Made by a program: the position numbers and the translations under genes
In this document: piece by piece, positions 63,850-64,000 of the stretch
Numbering within the stretch: position 1 is the stretch's first letter
Layout: each line of letters starts with the position of its first letter
The notes under the pieces: generated by a model
What the model was told of the DNA's origin: nothing
What the model saw: the letters and a program-made list of their open reading frames with translations, nothing else
Databases searched by the model: none
DNA from: the human T2T-CHM13v2.0 reference genome, Homo sapiens
Assembly: GCF_009914755.1 (NCBI RefSeq)
Contig: NC_060926.1
Strand: one strand, 5' to 3'
Length of the DNA: 64,000 nucleotides

Positions 63850-64000
63850 TGGTGACACCATGATTGTGTCATTCATGGTGTTCACACTTTTGTGTTATCC
63901 CCTTCCTTTGAGTTTTGGCAGGACCTGTGACTAGCCTCCAACCAATGGACAATGACAAAGATGATAGGCTGTCACATAGCTAGGTTTCTCACATAGAATT
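63850..64000 (+). mobile_element. Start of an MLT1E/F/G-type LTR
   Basis: ttcacactttt..atccccttcctttgagttttggcaggacctgtgactagc. Confidence 0.5.

Overview
Primate (human-like) intergenic or intronic DNA made almost entirely of interspersed repeats. No host protein-coding exon is supported, and every long ORF is an L1 ORF2 remnant or a repeat artefact. Contents: a minus-strand MER61-type ERV1 provirus (5' LTR 4654-4999 plus internal region), Tigger3, MER2, MER6, MER45, MER58, MER5 and Zaphod-like DNA transposon fossils, many MaLR/MLT2 LTRs, about 14 Alus, and L1s of several ages. The standout is a chimeric retrocopy at 28508-30651: about 270 nt of internal 28S rRNA (peptidyl-transferase-centre flank plus uL1 stalk) fused directly to a young 5'-truncated L1PA2/3-like 3' end, with one 15-bp target-site duplication (TSD) around the whole unit. 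Other oddities are a probably spliced L1PA8 (16097-17330), a 247-bp L1 piece apparently copied from a neighbouring L1 (55530-55776), and three fold-back inverted duplications (about 7.3-7.9, 10.2-10.4 and 47.8-48.1 kb). Family and subfamily names come from recalled consensus sequences and need RepeatMasker/Dfam confirmation.
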